This document shows, piece by piece, positions 30,940 to 51,400 of a stretch of DNA of 64,000 nucleotides. The stretch comes from the human T2T-CHM13v2.0 reference genome, Homo sapiens. Where the stretch lies: assembly GCF_009914755.1 (NCBI RefSeq), contig NC_060928.1, one strand, 5' to 3'. The notes beneath the pieces were generated by a model. That model saw only the letters and a list, made by a program, of their open reading frames with translations, was not told the DNA's origin and searched no databases. A program made the position numbers and the translations under genes. Positions within the stretch are counted from its first letter, which is position 1; each line of letters begins with the position of its first letter.

Positions 30940-31430
30940 TAGTATATCTTCCTCCTCTTCATCACCTTCTCAACCACACTTGGATCTGACCTGGCTTTCC
31001 TCCTTGCTTGAGTAATATAACTTGGCAAATTTGACATTCTGGTACTTCTGAAGCTAAATCATAAGAAGACTTTCAAGTGTCTGGCTAGACCAACCAGAAT
31101 GTTTGCTCCTGGAACACGGTAATGTAAGGAGAAACTGCTACAGAGGTATTATGTAGCCTCTCTAATACACAGGCCCAACCAAACCCAGACTTCTGGCCAT
31201 CTTGCTCAAGTCATAGACTGAATAAAAGTACCTCAGACCCTCAACATCAGCCAAACTACCAGCTGAATACCACCAGATGAACATTGGTTGACATCACATA
31301 TGAAAAACTTGCCCAGCCAAACTCTGCCGGAATTCCTGGCCTATAAATTTGTGAGAAATCATAACATAAATTTTGTTATAAGTCACTAAGTTAGACTAAT
31401 TTTTTATAGGAAAATAAGTAACCTGTAACA
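30940..31430 (+). mobile_element. MLT1-family MaLR LTR, degraded
   Basis: cccagccaaactctgccggaattcctggcc...gtgagaaat...ttataagtcactaagtt...ataagtaacctgtaaca. Confidence 0.6.
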
Positions 31431-33699
31431 TATTTTGTTCAGTAATCTTTCCTCTGGGCAAACTTCTCTTTGTTTACCCACCCAGAGACAGAGAAGTCTC
31501 CAGTTCTACTTTAATATATAAACATTTCAAGAAAAGGAGCCTCTGTGGCGTATCTTGGAGGTAATCAATATGAATTTTATCTGAGTATTAACAAAAAATG
31601 AAAAGAGCTTTGTTGAAAATGCTTCTGCTTCATAGTGATGTCTTAGGGATTGGAACCTTCCTGTTACAAAAATAAACAAACAAAAAATCCCCAACACTGT
31701 AAGCTATTTTGTGTCTAAGCATGAAGGTATACTCCCTTGATTGTTAGCCAAAATATCCCTAAGATTCGCTCCACCAAAATATACTCTCGGTTTCTGACTA
31801 GACAATTATATATGTCTTTGAGTTATTTTTGACATGTATCAGGAGGTTTCACTGAGATACTTAAAATAAAAGGTGCTGTTGAAACAAATACTTGACACTC
31901 CTAGAACATTTAAGCATTTAGCTCATTATCCTTAATTCCTTCTAAAAGTGCTAAGTGTTTCTTATAAAATAATATTTTTGGTCTGATTTTGATTTACACA
32001 CTGATAATTATGTCTTCCTTAATCAGCATGTGTTCTGGTTTTTAATTTCATGGTATATTCATTTAAAGATTTCTGTTAGGTGACAGTCTATTTTCTTTCA
32101 AGTGGCAGAGGACTACAAATTTGGATTTTTCTTATTTACTTTATTAGTTGGATTCCAAAGTTTAATGATATCCAAAGTTTTAGAATTGATTAGTTTATTC
32201 ACTTTCCAATTATAGAGCCATCTGTCTTTGTCTGGTGTTACATGAAACTATGATTTTTTTAATCCCCAAAATGGTTGTTTTCTTTATACCTCTCAAATCC
32301 ACCCATTTTGTCTTTAATAATTATGGCACCAGATAGTTAACAACATCCACAGAATTGGAATTCCTACACCAAAGATGATGTTTGTATAAAAATGTCCCCA
32401 TATGTGAAATTTTGAATCTCTTATAATGATATTCTTTTGACTTGTGTGTCAGAAGAAACAAAATTCCAGCAGAAGGTGTTCAGCTTTTTTAAAAATTAAC
32501 ATGCAAAGCAACTATTGGGTAGCACTATTATCTCTTCAAACCTCTTTAAATAATACTACAGAAAGCAGAGAAAGGGAACCTATTTTCTAAAATGGACAAT
32601 AGTTATTGATGTATTAAAAAATTATCCCAAATCTAGTGACTTAAAATAACACATATTTATCTCAGAATTTCAGTGAATCAGGCATCTGACCACAGCTTAG
32701 TTAGATCTTTTACTCAGGGATCTCACAAGTCTGTAATGAAGAGGTTGGCCAGACTGTGTTCTCATCTGGAGGCTCAACTGAGATTGAATCCATTTCCAAG
32801 CTCATTCAGTCTTAGAACAATTCATTTTCTTGCAACTTTATGTCTGACAGTCCTGGCTTATTACTGTCTGTTGGCTGGGAGCCTCTCACTGTGTTCTCTG
32901 CCAACTGGAAAAATAACTACCCTTGCTGGATTCATAAGGACTTTTATAAACTTTCATATTTTACCAGTAACACTCCTAACACTCCACTGAAGGATCCAGT
33001 AGTGTTAATTATACTGTTATTTTGTTCTTTAGTCAATATTCTAAATAAAAAACAATATTTTTTGTTCCACTTTTAAGGCTTGCTACTTTATAACAACTTG
33101 CCCAAGGTTAATTAAAAATTTTGTTTGGGGAGTACAAGCTAATTTTTTTGAAAAACGTATTTGCATAACTTTTCTATTTCTGGAGTAAATTAATACATTT
33201 AACTATGTGATTTCCTGTAATTTCAGGAAGATAACTGTTTTGCCTGGCTTATAGAAACTATAAGCCCTATATTTATAGATTTAAATAAAGGAAACTCAAG
33301 GATTTCTAGGAAAAGTCTTCCAGTTATATTTTATGCTACTCCTATAACTCCAGCAGAGAAAGCTGCTTAAGCTTTCATAATGCTACTGGCCTTTGTTACT
33401 GAATTATAAAATAAGAAGCAAATAACTAATGGGAAGTTTACTTATTCTAAGTAACATAAAATAAAATATTTCAGAGGTAATTTTACTTTACGAGTTAATG
33501 CAACCTTCCTGATCAAGATAATAAATGGAAAAATTGTACCTGTTAAATAGCTGGATTATAAAACTATATTCACTCACTCTCTCTCTCATTTTATCTACAT
33601 ATAGAAATAAAATTAACATGATATTCTAGCTGATTCAAATTTTGTTTTTCTCTTCACTTTAACATCTAATAAATTTAGTTATCTTATTCACATAAGGAT

Positions 33700-37915
<4,216 letters not shown>

Positions 37916-37919
37916 GTCG

Positions 37920-38178
37920 CTGTAGAAGAGGAGAATTACAGATACAAGGAAATCAGCAGATGAATTTGGAGTTACGCTGCCAGAAACCAAGAAACTAACG
38001 GAAGGTACGAGAAAAGCCTGAAAGAGATCTTTCCCTAGCACCTTCTGAGGCAGTATGACCCTGACAATGCCGTGATATTGTGATTCTAGTCTTCAGAATT
38101 GTCAGACAATTGATGACTATTGTTTAAGCCATGCATCTTATGTTACATGGTTATGGAAGCCTTAGCAAACTAACACAG
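37920..38178 (+). mobile_element. MLT1-family LTR 3' part
   Basis: gatctttccctagcaccttctgagg...tgtttaagccatgc...ttatggaagccttagcaaactaacaca. Confidence 0.65.
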
Positions 38179-41100
38179 ACATTAAAATCACCATGTGTAA
38201 CTGTGGTCCTTTAAAAAATAACTGCAATAAAATATAGAGTAAAAGTAAAAAGGTCAGTGAAGGAAAAGGTATAGAGCTTAACTTACTAAGATGAAGGGGC
38301 AATGGAAACGCACTAGCAGATATCACACTTGTAGATATTACCAGCCCCTCTGCCCTACAAGTAAACTCTCAAGCATAATAGAGACTGAACTTGTTTCCGT
38401 GATTTCCCTAAGCCAACATGCGGAATGCAGTCTTCTCAGACTGGTACTTAAAATCCACCAGCTAACCAACTTACCAAATCAAATATATTCCCACACTATT
38501 ACTTTATTCATCGCTCTCTTCTTCAAATTTTGTTTTGTCTTTTCTTACTGACAACAGCCCTCCATAAGAAATGAAGCATATGTATGTACAGATGTGAAAT
38601 GTCTCTCAGTTATTCATTGACCTTAGACAAAAAGATATAGATGATTACTGATAGTTGAATTCCTTAAAAATTGTTTTAAATGAGGTTGAATTTTTTTCTA
38701 GAATTTAAAATACCTGAAGTATTCCATTATATGGTTCAATTTTGAGGAAATAATCTGTGACCAGGTAATAGTATGAGCTAAAGTACAGAAGGTAAAGAGA
38801 TTATTTATCAGGTATATAAACGGAGGAAGGAAATCAGATTTCTTAATACTGAAGAGTTACTGGAGCACACAGAATGAGAACAAAGAAACTATATTTATTA
38901 ATGTTAAAGAGTAATTATAAAATTTGGTAGAGATAATGCAGCTAGAGTAGGGATAAATCTTACCCAACTGCTATATTCTATAGAACTGAGAGACTCCTGT
39001 TGCTAGGCAATTAATCTAAAACTTAAATGAGAGACAATTGAAGGAGAGAATTTATGATTCTCTTCATCATGTGAGGCCTCAAATAAAAATATTCACAAAG
39101 ATGAGTGTATAAACAATCCCAGTCCACGAATAGGGCTACAATTAGATAAGATCTGACAATTGGAGCTGACAATTCATCTGTTGGTAAGTCATTCAAAAGT
39201 TTAGCTCTAGAAGAGAGAAGCACCAGTACTTATGCATGCATGAATACACACAGATACACATACACGCACAATGTAATTCTTTACCAAGTGTTCAGATATT
39301 CAGGAGGATTTACACTCAATTATTTGGTAGTCTACTTACTTGCTTCAGAATCTTTAACATGTTTTTAAGGATTTTTTAAAAATTTTACTCATAGTTTATA
39401 AACAGTGAATTAGGCTATAAATGAGAGCGAGAGGGATGTGGTAATTAGGGTACAGAGAATGATGAATTCAATGAGTGTGGAGACAAAAAACCCAAACTTT
39501 GTAAAGGGTAATGTATGACCAACTACTTTGAAGTCTCTACTATTATAGCACTATACCACATTATTAATGAAAATATTATATTTTCTCAGGAGGTGTAGTC
39601 TCTGGAGTCATTGTATAAGATAATGTAATAAGTGCAAAGGCAGTCTGGCTCAAATATTTTTTTCAATTTGTTTCCTACTGCTTGCAAGATAAGTTCTTAT
39701 AAACAAATTCTGAAAGATGTATACTGGTTAAGTTCACTCTCAATGGGGCTACATTAATGAAAAATAATCCTTTTCCATCACAACAAAAATCCACACTCCA
39801 TAAAAATTAACAAATATATATCAAGAGAGATATGGAGAGAAAATCAGCGTAACAAAATTTTACTCACAATGTATAGATGTTGTCCTCAAAGATTTCTTCT
39901 ACTGATGTGGCTTTCTTCTTGTGGCCTCTTGGCATTTTGTGAAGTAAACCTCCCTTTTATATCACTTGATTACTTTACCCAAGCAATCAAGCCACTCTTT
40001 TCACTTTAGTGAGAAGGATAACATATTCAGCCTGCAAAAAATCCGCTGCTACATACGTACAATGACAAACCAAATACTAAATATCTAATCCTATATTAAA
40101 CAAACATGAAATGAAAAATTTTTGGTTTTATAACTTAAAATCACTGATACGCAATAACAATAGTAACTCATAAAAATGAAGACAAGGTTGATTTTCACTT
40201 AGGGTCCTATGCATTAATGAGGAAACTTAGAAAAACAGCTAGTTAAGAAAAAATGTGAACAAAATAAAAATTATTAAGAGCATAGGAGTGTTTAAAATAT
40301 CTGTCCATGATTTCATCATTTAAGGGTGAAATGTCAGGCCATTTGATCTTAATTTTATGTTTCCCCTTTTTAAGCACCCCTAAATATATTCTGCGATTTA
40401 TTATTCCAGAAGTGTTGGCAGTGAGCTGTAGGAGTGGCCAAAGCAGACAAAGGATTAATCTAGATTCACTTGAGGATTGTGGTCAACAGTGGTTGAACTG
40501 AAGAAGTCCAGAGCTAGGCTATGGGGATGGAAGGCACAGGAGGGGAATTTGGAAAGAGGGAAAAAAGAAAAGAAAGTGATTTTAATCCTCTATGAATTTG
40601 ATGTGTAAGTTTCAATTAAGAATACAAGTTGTGGTTAACTAATATATCCAAATTAGGATGGTCAAGGATGGTAACACCATAGAGGTGATGGCCATAGGTC
40701 AACAGCAAAAGCTTATTGAAGATGAGATGTACAGGTAACAACAAACAAACAAACAAACAAACAAACAAAAAACTGGGTGCTGTATGGGTTTTCCATGCTT
40801 GGCAAACACAGTAAATATTATTGGCATAATTGGATAAGATGATTGGCAGAGAAGAAAGTAGTATCAGACACCCATTTATTTGTGGTTTGTGCAGGACTGA
40901 TTTGGGAAGTTGGTGTAATAGTAAGGAAGAAAAGTAGATAATAATATAATGAGATGGCTGCCAGTTAAGTGGTTTGTAAGGGCCTTTGGCAATCAAAGCA
41001 AATTATGGCCAAACATCTGGTTTATAGGGAATATGAGAATGCTGAGAATAGAAAACTCCCTCTCTGCTGGGCTTCCCATCGTTGAGATATAAGTTTTGTA

Positions 41101-43119
41101 AACTTCAGTAGCAATAATGAGCTCTCCATAAAGAGATACGAGTGGAGAAGAGATTATTGTGGCTTTTCATGAAAGAAAGGTTCTGTAAGTGACAGGAAAA
41201 TGATTCCAGAGAAAAGAGGTCAAACATCAAGATAAAACATAATTAAGTAGAAAAGAATCCAGGTATAGAAGATGACAGGTGCTGAAACTAGCATTTTTGA
41301 TTTTTGTATTACCTACCATTGAAAGTGGTATTTAATCGGTGTGTTTTAGATTACTCATAGCAGATTTCACTTTCTCCTGTGATTTTTTTCAGTTAAGCCA
41401 GTAGTTCTTAATCTCATTACTTTGATAATCTCATCATTAATAGCCTGATAATCACTGTGAATACTCTCACTAGCTAAATAAAACTAGGCATTTTCTATGT
41501 AAAATATGGAATGGAATTTTACAAATTCCTAAAGTGTATCTTTGCCCCCAAACACTCTGCCTGAATTTATGCTACGTATCATTAACTTATTTTGGCCTGT
41601 ATCATTCATTTTTGTTTCTAAGTATGCAGCTTAGTGTCTACATATTACATGGTTTAATTAATGTGTTATTCAAGAGCAAAGCAACAAATCAGTGTTGCCA
41701 GCCATACTAGATTTCTCATTTGCACAAATACGTGGTAATAAATTTGTACTATTAGGTAAAACTTTTTATTGTATTTTTATATAAGCTATGTAAATGTTTT
41801 TTCATATATGACATAAATACTTTTGGAGGTCAATCTCAGGAGCTGGTGACTTTATCGTCTTAAAACTGCAAGGGACATTGATGCCTTTGTTCCAGCATAA
41901 TATTACCTTCCCCAAAGCCTTCCTCCCCCTTTTTGGGGTTCATTAATTTCCTTTTCATTTCTGAAGGCAGTTTGTTTTGTCTTCAGCATTTTCACATCTC
42001 TGACCGTTACTTTCCTGGCTTGTTTTATTTCCTTTTCATTTTTCATAGCCAAAGGCTTTGAAAAGAGTTATTTTTATTAAGGGTATAACTAAATATATAC
42101 ATCTTTGAGTAATATCTATCTATGGACACATGGTACTACCTCATTTAATTCCACTATTTTTTTATTGTGTTATTCCACAAAGGTATCCACTACAGTAAAT
42201 ACTACTATTTTTGAAGAGCAACTGATGCTTTGTAATTTGACAGGAAGAAGTGAAGATAGGACAAGTAATGATTTGTTGCATGGAAGTATATATTAAGAAA
42301 GATGAAAAAAGATATGAAAGTATTTCATATATATATATATATCTCCAGAGTAATGTAACTAAATAATGTATCACTTGAAACTGAAAGGAAGAATATTGAT
42401 ATTTATTCCAATTCAATATGTATAAATCAAGATTCCCTTATCAAAACAAGATATACGTTCAGCTTTTAAGAGCCTTTCCTTTTAAATATTTGTGAAAATG
42501 TGCACACATATACTTATATTTTGATAACAGCATAATGAATCCATGTGTTCTTTATCTGGGTTCGGGATTTATCAACTGGCAGGCAATTGTCATTTTTTAG
42601 TATACAGTCTGAGTTTGCGTCACCAATGTTGAAAAGCCAATCCAATGTAGTATTATATATTGAGTCATGTGTTGAGCCAAACACTAATCCATTTTCACCC
42701 ATATATTCCTGTTTCTTCTTCACCCTGGCCTATTCATAACACCACCTGTGTGTCTGCCCTTCTTTTTATTTTGTCTTTTAATTTGGCTGCTCTGATAGAT
42801 TGACTGTCAGAAAACAGACCACTAAGGGTCAGCATTGCATAAAATCAACCCAAGGGAGAAAGACAGACGAATCTTGCCTCCTGCCTTCCCCTCTTTTGCT
42901 CTCACTCATAGCTCCATCATGGTGGCTCCATAAAGGCTGCGGGTGAGGCCCTGCTGCATATGAGGATCACACACCTGCTGCTCTCACTGAGGATATTTCT
43001 CTTCCTTTTTTGATGAGCCCATATTGGGCACAAGACCACAGCCCCCCAGAAGTGGTGATAACCCTGAGGGTAACTTGCACTGGTAGTGGTATGAATCTTC
43101 TAAGCTGGCTCTCCTGTAG

Positions 43120-43395
<276 letters not shown>

Positions 43396-44024
43396 TAAAA
43401 AGCTGGGTAGTCAGGAGACAAAATTCCCAACCATGAAACGTGGATTAACAGAAGATATAGTAAGAGAATTAAAGTTTCAAGAATGTGATAATTCCACTCT
43501 GATGCAAAGTGGCTATGAGGGCTGGAGGGAGAACCCACGCATTTTTTCTTGAACTGGCAATAGTGGTAGACTATTCATTATTTGGAAAGTAATACCTCCC
43601 TTGGGCAGGAGGAAATAATAGTTGTTGCCAACAAATTAAATGTTGTTTAATAGTGCCATAGGACTTAATGTGATTTTAACTGTACTTGAGATCTGGAATG
43701 AAGAAAACCAAGTTACAGCAGGTGACCTATGTGTTCTTATATAACTTTGGCAAATGGAAATAAATAGCTATAATTTCTACATATCTGATGATGGTGTAGA
43801 ACTTGCAGTAAAGGATAAATATGGTAGATTATTATCCTATACCATTATTGGTTCAACCTGTAATATTGGTTTTAATTATAGAGTTATACAGTTCCAAGGT
43901 ACTGAATTTATATCATTTGCATTGCTGTTGGTACACGAGTTAGGTCATAGGTTTGGTATGCAGAATGATGGTAAAGATTGTTCTTGTGGTCATGAAACAT
44001 GCACGATGTCTTCAAGAATATAAA

Positions 44025-44243
44025 GGGCAACAAGGTGAAACATCGTCTCCACAAAAAATAAAAAATTATCCAGATGTGGTGGTCCCAGCAACTCAGGAGG
44101 CTGAGATGGGCAGATCCATTGAGCCACTGAGCCAGGAAAATTGAGGCTGGCAATGAGCTGTGATTGTGCCACTGTATTCCAGCCTGAGACAGAGTGAGAG
44201 CCTGTCTTAAAAAAAAAACATATATATATATATATATATATAT
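44025..44243 (+). mobile_element. 5'-truncated old Alu (AluJ-like) with an A/(TA)n tail inside the pseudogene metalloprotease domain
   Basis: gggcaacaaggtgaaacatcgtctccacaaaaaat...gaggctgagatgggcagatccattgagcc...ccagcctgagacagagtgagagcctgtct. Confidence 0.85.
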
Positions 44244-44322
44244 CAAAGACAAGTCATCTATTCAGACACAGAAATTATTCTATATTGGTCAGCCTTTTAT
44301 CTAAGCACTATTTGTATACTGA

Positions 44323-44478
<156 letters not shown>

Positions 44479-45267
44479 TGATGCAAAGCCTGCTAATTCA
44501 TGCTGTCAGGCAATATGTGCAGAGAAGAGAACAATGAATGCGTTATCTCATAGTGTTTCAATAGAAATTCACATATTGTCCAGCAGATATGAATGTGCAC
44601 AACAGGATCCATTGCATGGGCAGTGTCTATTGCTATGAAAAGGGATGTATTAACTACGAACAGTGTAGGCAAATTTTTGGCAAAGAAGCAAACAGTGCAA
44701 ATCAGAGTTGCTACAGAGAAATTAATACCTGTGGTTACCATTTTGGTCACTGTGGTATCTGAGGCTGGACATGTAAGATATAATATCTCAGATATCTTTT
44801 GTGGGAGAGTTCAATGTGAGAATGTGAAAGAAATTACCCATTTGAGAGATCACACTACTGAGCACTGAACTCACATCAGTGGTGTTACCAGCTACAGTAC
44901 TGACTTTCATTTGGGGATGACAATAACTGATATTGGTGTAGTGAAAAATAGCACAGAGTATGGTCCAAAACAAGCGTACATTGACAGGAAGTGTGTTCAT
45001 TATCATTTTGGAAAAGTACTTCTTCTTCTAAGACCCGCAATATGAGAGGAATCTGCAACCATAAACATTAGTGCCACTGCAACCAAAGGTGGAAAATACT
45101 TATTGCCTGATACAGGGCACTGGAGGTAGTGTTGATAGTGACCTATACCCTGCCCACCCCAAAAAGATGAAAGAGTTGTTCAAAAGGATTTTCTTGATAG
45201 TAATTTTTTAATTCCTTTTTCTCTTTTGTTTTACTGTTTGTTAATTTTGCTTTCAGTGATACACACA

Positions 45268-45363
45268 ACAAAAGAAAAAGAAAGAAAGAAACAAAGAAAG
45301 AAAGAAAGGAAAGAAAGAAAGGAAAGAAAGAAAGAAAAGAAAGAAAGAAAGAAAGAGAGAAAA
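45268..45363 (+). repeat. (GAAA)n-type purine microsatellite in the pseudogene cytoplasmic tail
   Basis: Directly visible. Confidence 0.9.
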
Positions 45364-45519
45364 ACATCATCTAAGAAAGAAGTGCAAATTGTTCAAACTT
45401 CACCTGAGATAGAAAAGCAAACTGTTCAAACTTCACCTAATAAAGAAATGCAAAATGTTCAACTTTCAATTATGAACAAAGAGCAAAATCTTTAAACTTT
45501 ATTTCAGAAAAAAATAGTA

Positions 45520-45771
45520 GGGGATTCCTGGAGAAGCTGCAGTGTGGGGATGCTCTAGACCGAGTACTGCCCCCAGTGTCTTTCCACCTCCTCCTGCAGC
45601 AGCGGCAGCAGCAGCAGCAGTTAGCAGTAGCAACTTGAGGCTGCACCCCGGGCTGCCACTCCAAGAGCGGAGGCAGTGAGAGTACGCGTGTGCCTCGCGC
45701 CAGTCCACGCTAGGAGAGCACTGGGACCGAGACCCGGCACCACCTCCCGGTCCGCCCTCCAGAACTTTGTT
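45520..45771 (+). other. 5'-transduced non-L1 sequence (GC/CpG-rich with a CAG tract) co-inserted with the L1
   Basis: Lies between the left TSD (45506-45519) and the L1 5' end (45772). Confidence 0.85.
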
Positions 45772-46672
45772 GAGGAGGAGCCAAGATGGCCGAATAGGAA
45801 CAGCTCCGGTCTACAGCTCCCAGCGTGAGCGACGCAAAAGACGGGTGATTTCTGCATTTCCATCTGAGGTACCGGGTTCATCTCACTAGGGAGTGCCAGA
45901 CAGTGGGCGCAGGTCAGTGGGTGCACGCACCCTGCGCGAGCCGAAGCAGGGTGAGGCATTGCCTCACTCGGGAAGCGCAAGGGATCAGGGAGTTCCCTTT
46001 CCTAGTCAAAGAAAGGGGTGACGGACAGCACCTGGAAAATCGGGTCACTCCCACCCGAATACTGCGCTTTTCCGACAGGCTTAAAAAACGGCGCACCACG
46101 AGATTATATCCCGCACCTGGCTCAGAGGGTCCTACCCCACGGAGTCTCGCTGATTGCAAGCACAGCAGTCTGAGATCAAACTGCAAGGCGGCAGCGAGGC
46201 TGGGGGAGGGGCGCCCTCCATTGCCCAGGCTTGCTTAGGTAAACAAAGCAGCCAGGAAGCTTGAACTGGGTGGAGCCCACCACAGCTCAAGGAGGCCTGC
46301 CTGCCTCTGTAGGCTCCACCTCTGGGGGCAGGGCACAGACAAACAAAAAGACAGCAGTAACCTCTGCAGACTTAAATGTCCCTGTCTGATAGCTTTGAAG
46401 AGAGCAGTGGTTCTCCCAGTACGCAGCTGGAGATCTGAGAACGGGCAGACTGCCTCCTCAAGTGGGTCCCTGACCCCTGACCCCCGAGCAGCCTAACTGG
46501 GAGACACCCCCCAGCAGGGGCACACTGACACCTCACACAGCAGGGTACTCCATCAGACCTGCAGCTGAGGGTCCTGTCTGTTAGAAGGAAAACTAACAGA
46601 AAGGACATCCACACCAAAAACCCATCTGTACATCACCATGATCAAAGACCAAAAGTAGATAAAACCACAAAG

Positions 46673-47689
46673 ATGGGGAAAAAACAGAACAGAAAAACTG
46701 GAAACTCTAAAAAGCAGAGTGCCTCTCCTCCTCCAAAGGAACGCAGTTCCTCCCCAGCAATGGAACAAAGCTGGACGGAGAACGACTTTGACGAGCTGAG
46801 AAAAGAAGGCTTCAGACGATCAAATTACTCTGAGCTATGGGAGGACATTCAAACCAAAGGCAAAGAAGTTGAAAACTTTGAAAAAAATTTAGAAGAATGT
46901 ATAACTAGAATAACCAATACAGAGAAGTGCTTAAAGGAACCGATGGAGCTGAAAACCAAGGCTCGAGAACTACGTGAAAAATGCAGAAGCCTCAGGAGCC
47001 GATGCAATCAACTGGAAGAAAGGGTATCAGCGATGGAAGATGAAATGAATGAAATGAAGCGAGAAGGGAAGTTTAGAGAAAAAAGAATAAAAAGAAATGA
47101 GCAAAGCCTCCAAGAAATATGGGACTATGTGAAAAGACCAAATCTATGTCTGATTGGTGTACCTGAAAGTGACGGGGAGAATGGAACCAAGTTGGAAAAC
47201 ACTCGGCAGGATATCATCCAGGAGAACTTCCCCAATCTAGTAAGGCAGGCCAACGTTCAGATTCAGGAAACAGAGAGAACACCACAAAGATACTCCTCGA
47301 GAAGAGCAACTCCAAGACACATAATTGTCAGATTCACCAAAGTTGAAATGAAGGAAAAAATGTTAAGGGCAGCCAGAGAGAAAGGTCGGGTTACCCTCAA
47401 AGGGAAGCCCATCAGACTAACAGCGGATCTCTCGGCAGAAACCCTACAAGCCAGAAGAGAGTGGGGGCCAATATTCAACATTCTTAAAGAAAAGAATTTT
47501 CAACCCAGAATTTCATATCCAGCCAAACTAAGCTTCATAAGTGAAGGAGAAATAAAATACTTTACAGACAAGCAAATGCTGAGAGATTTTGTCACCACCA
47601 GGCCTGCCCTAAAAGGGCTCCTGAAGGAAGCACTAAACATGGAAAGGAACAACCGGTACCAGCCGCTGCCAAATCATGCCAAAATGTAA
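46673..47689 (+). CDS. L1 ORF1p, intact 338-aa reading frame
   Basis: MGKKQNRKTGNSK...ARREWG...YPAKLS...NHAKM; expression unknown. Confidence 0.85.
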   Translation: MGKKQNRKTGNSKKQSASPPPKERSSSPAMEQSWTENDFDELRKEGFRRSNYSELWEDIQTKGKEVENFEKNLEECITRITNTEKCLKEPMELKTKARELREKCRSLRSRCNQLEERVSAMEDEMNEMKREGKFREKRIKRNEQSLQEIWDYVKRPNLCLIGVPESDGENGTKLENTRQDIIQENFPNLVRQANVQIQETERTPQRYSSRRATPRHIIVRFTKVEMKEKMLRAAREKGRVTLKGKPIRLTADLSAETLQARREWGPIFNILKEKNFQPRISYPAKLSFISEGEIKYFTDKQMLRDFVTTRPALKGLLKEALNMERNNRYQPLPNHAKM

Positions 47690-47752
47690 AGACCATCGAG
47701 ACTAGGAAGAAACTGCATCAACTAATGAGCAAAAGAACCAGCTAACATCATC

Positions 47753-51400
<3,648 letters not shown>

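Noticed and set aside
38200-42700. Possible exons or promoter of the pseudogene in the unique-looking AT-rich stretch
   Set aside because: No CpG island, convincing ORF or recognizable RNA gene; it may include ancient L2/MIR relics that I cannot call by eye.
45499-45708. Poly-Ala/poly-Cys minus-strand ORFs
   Set aside because: By-products of the CAG/CTG tract, with non-ATG starts in the ORF track.
46132-46221. L1 antisense ORF0
   Set aside because: The ATG is present (46221), but a 1-bp deletion relative to the recalled consensus gives TAG after 29 codons.
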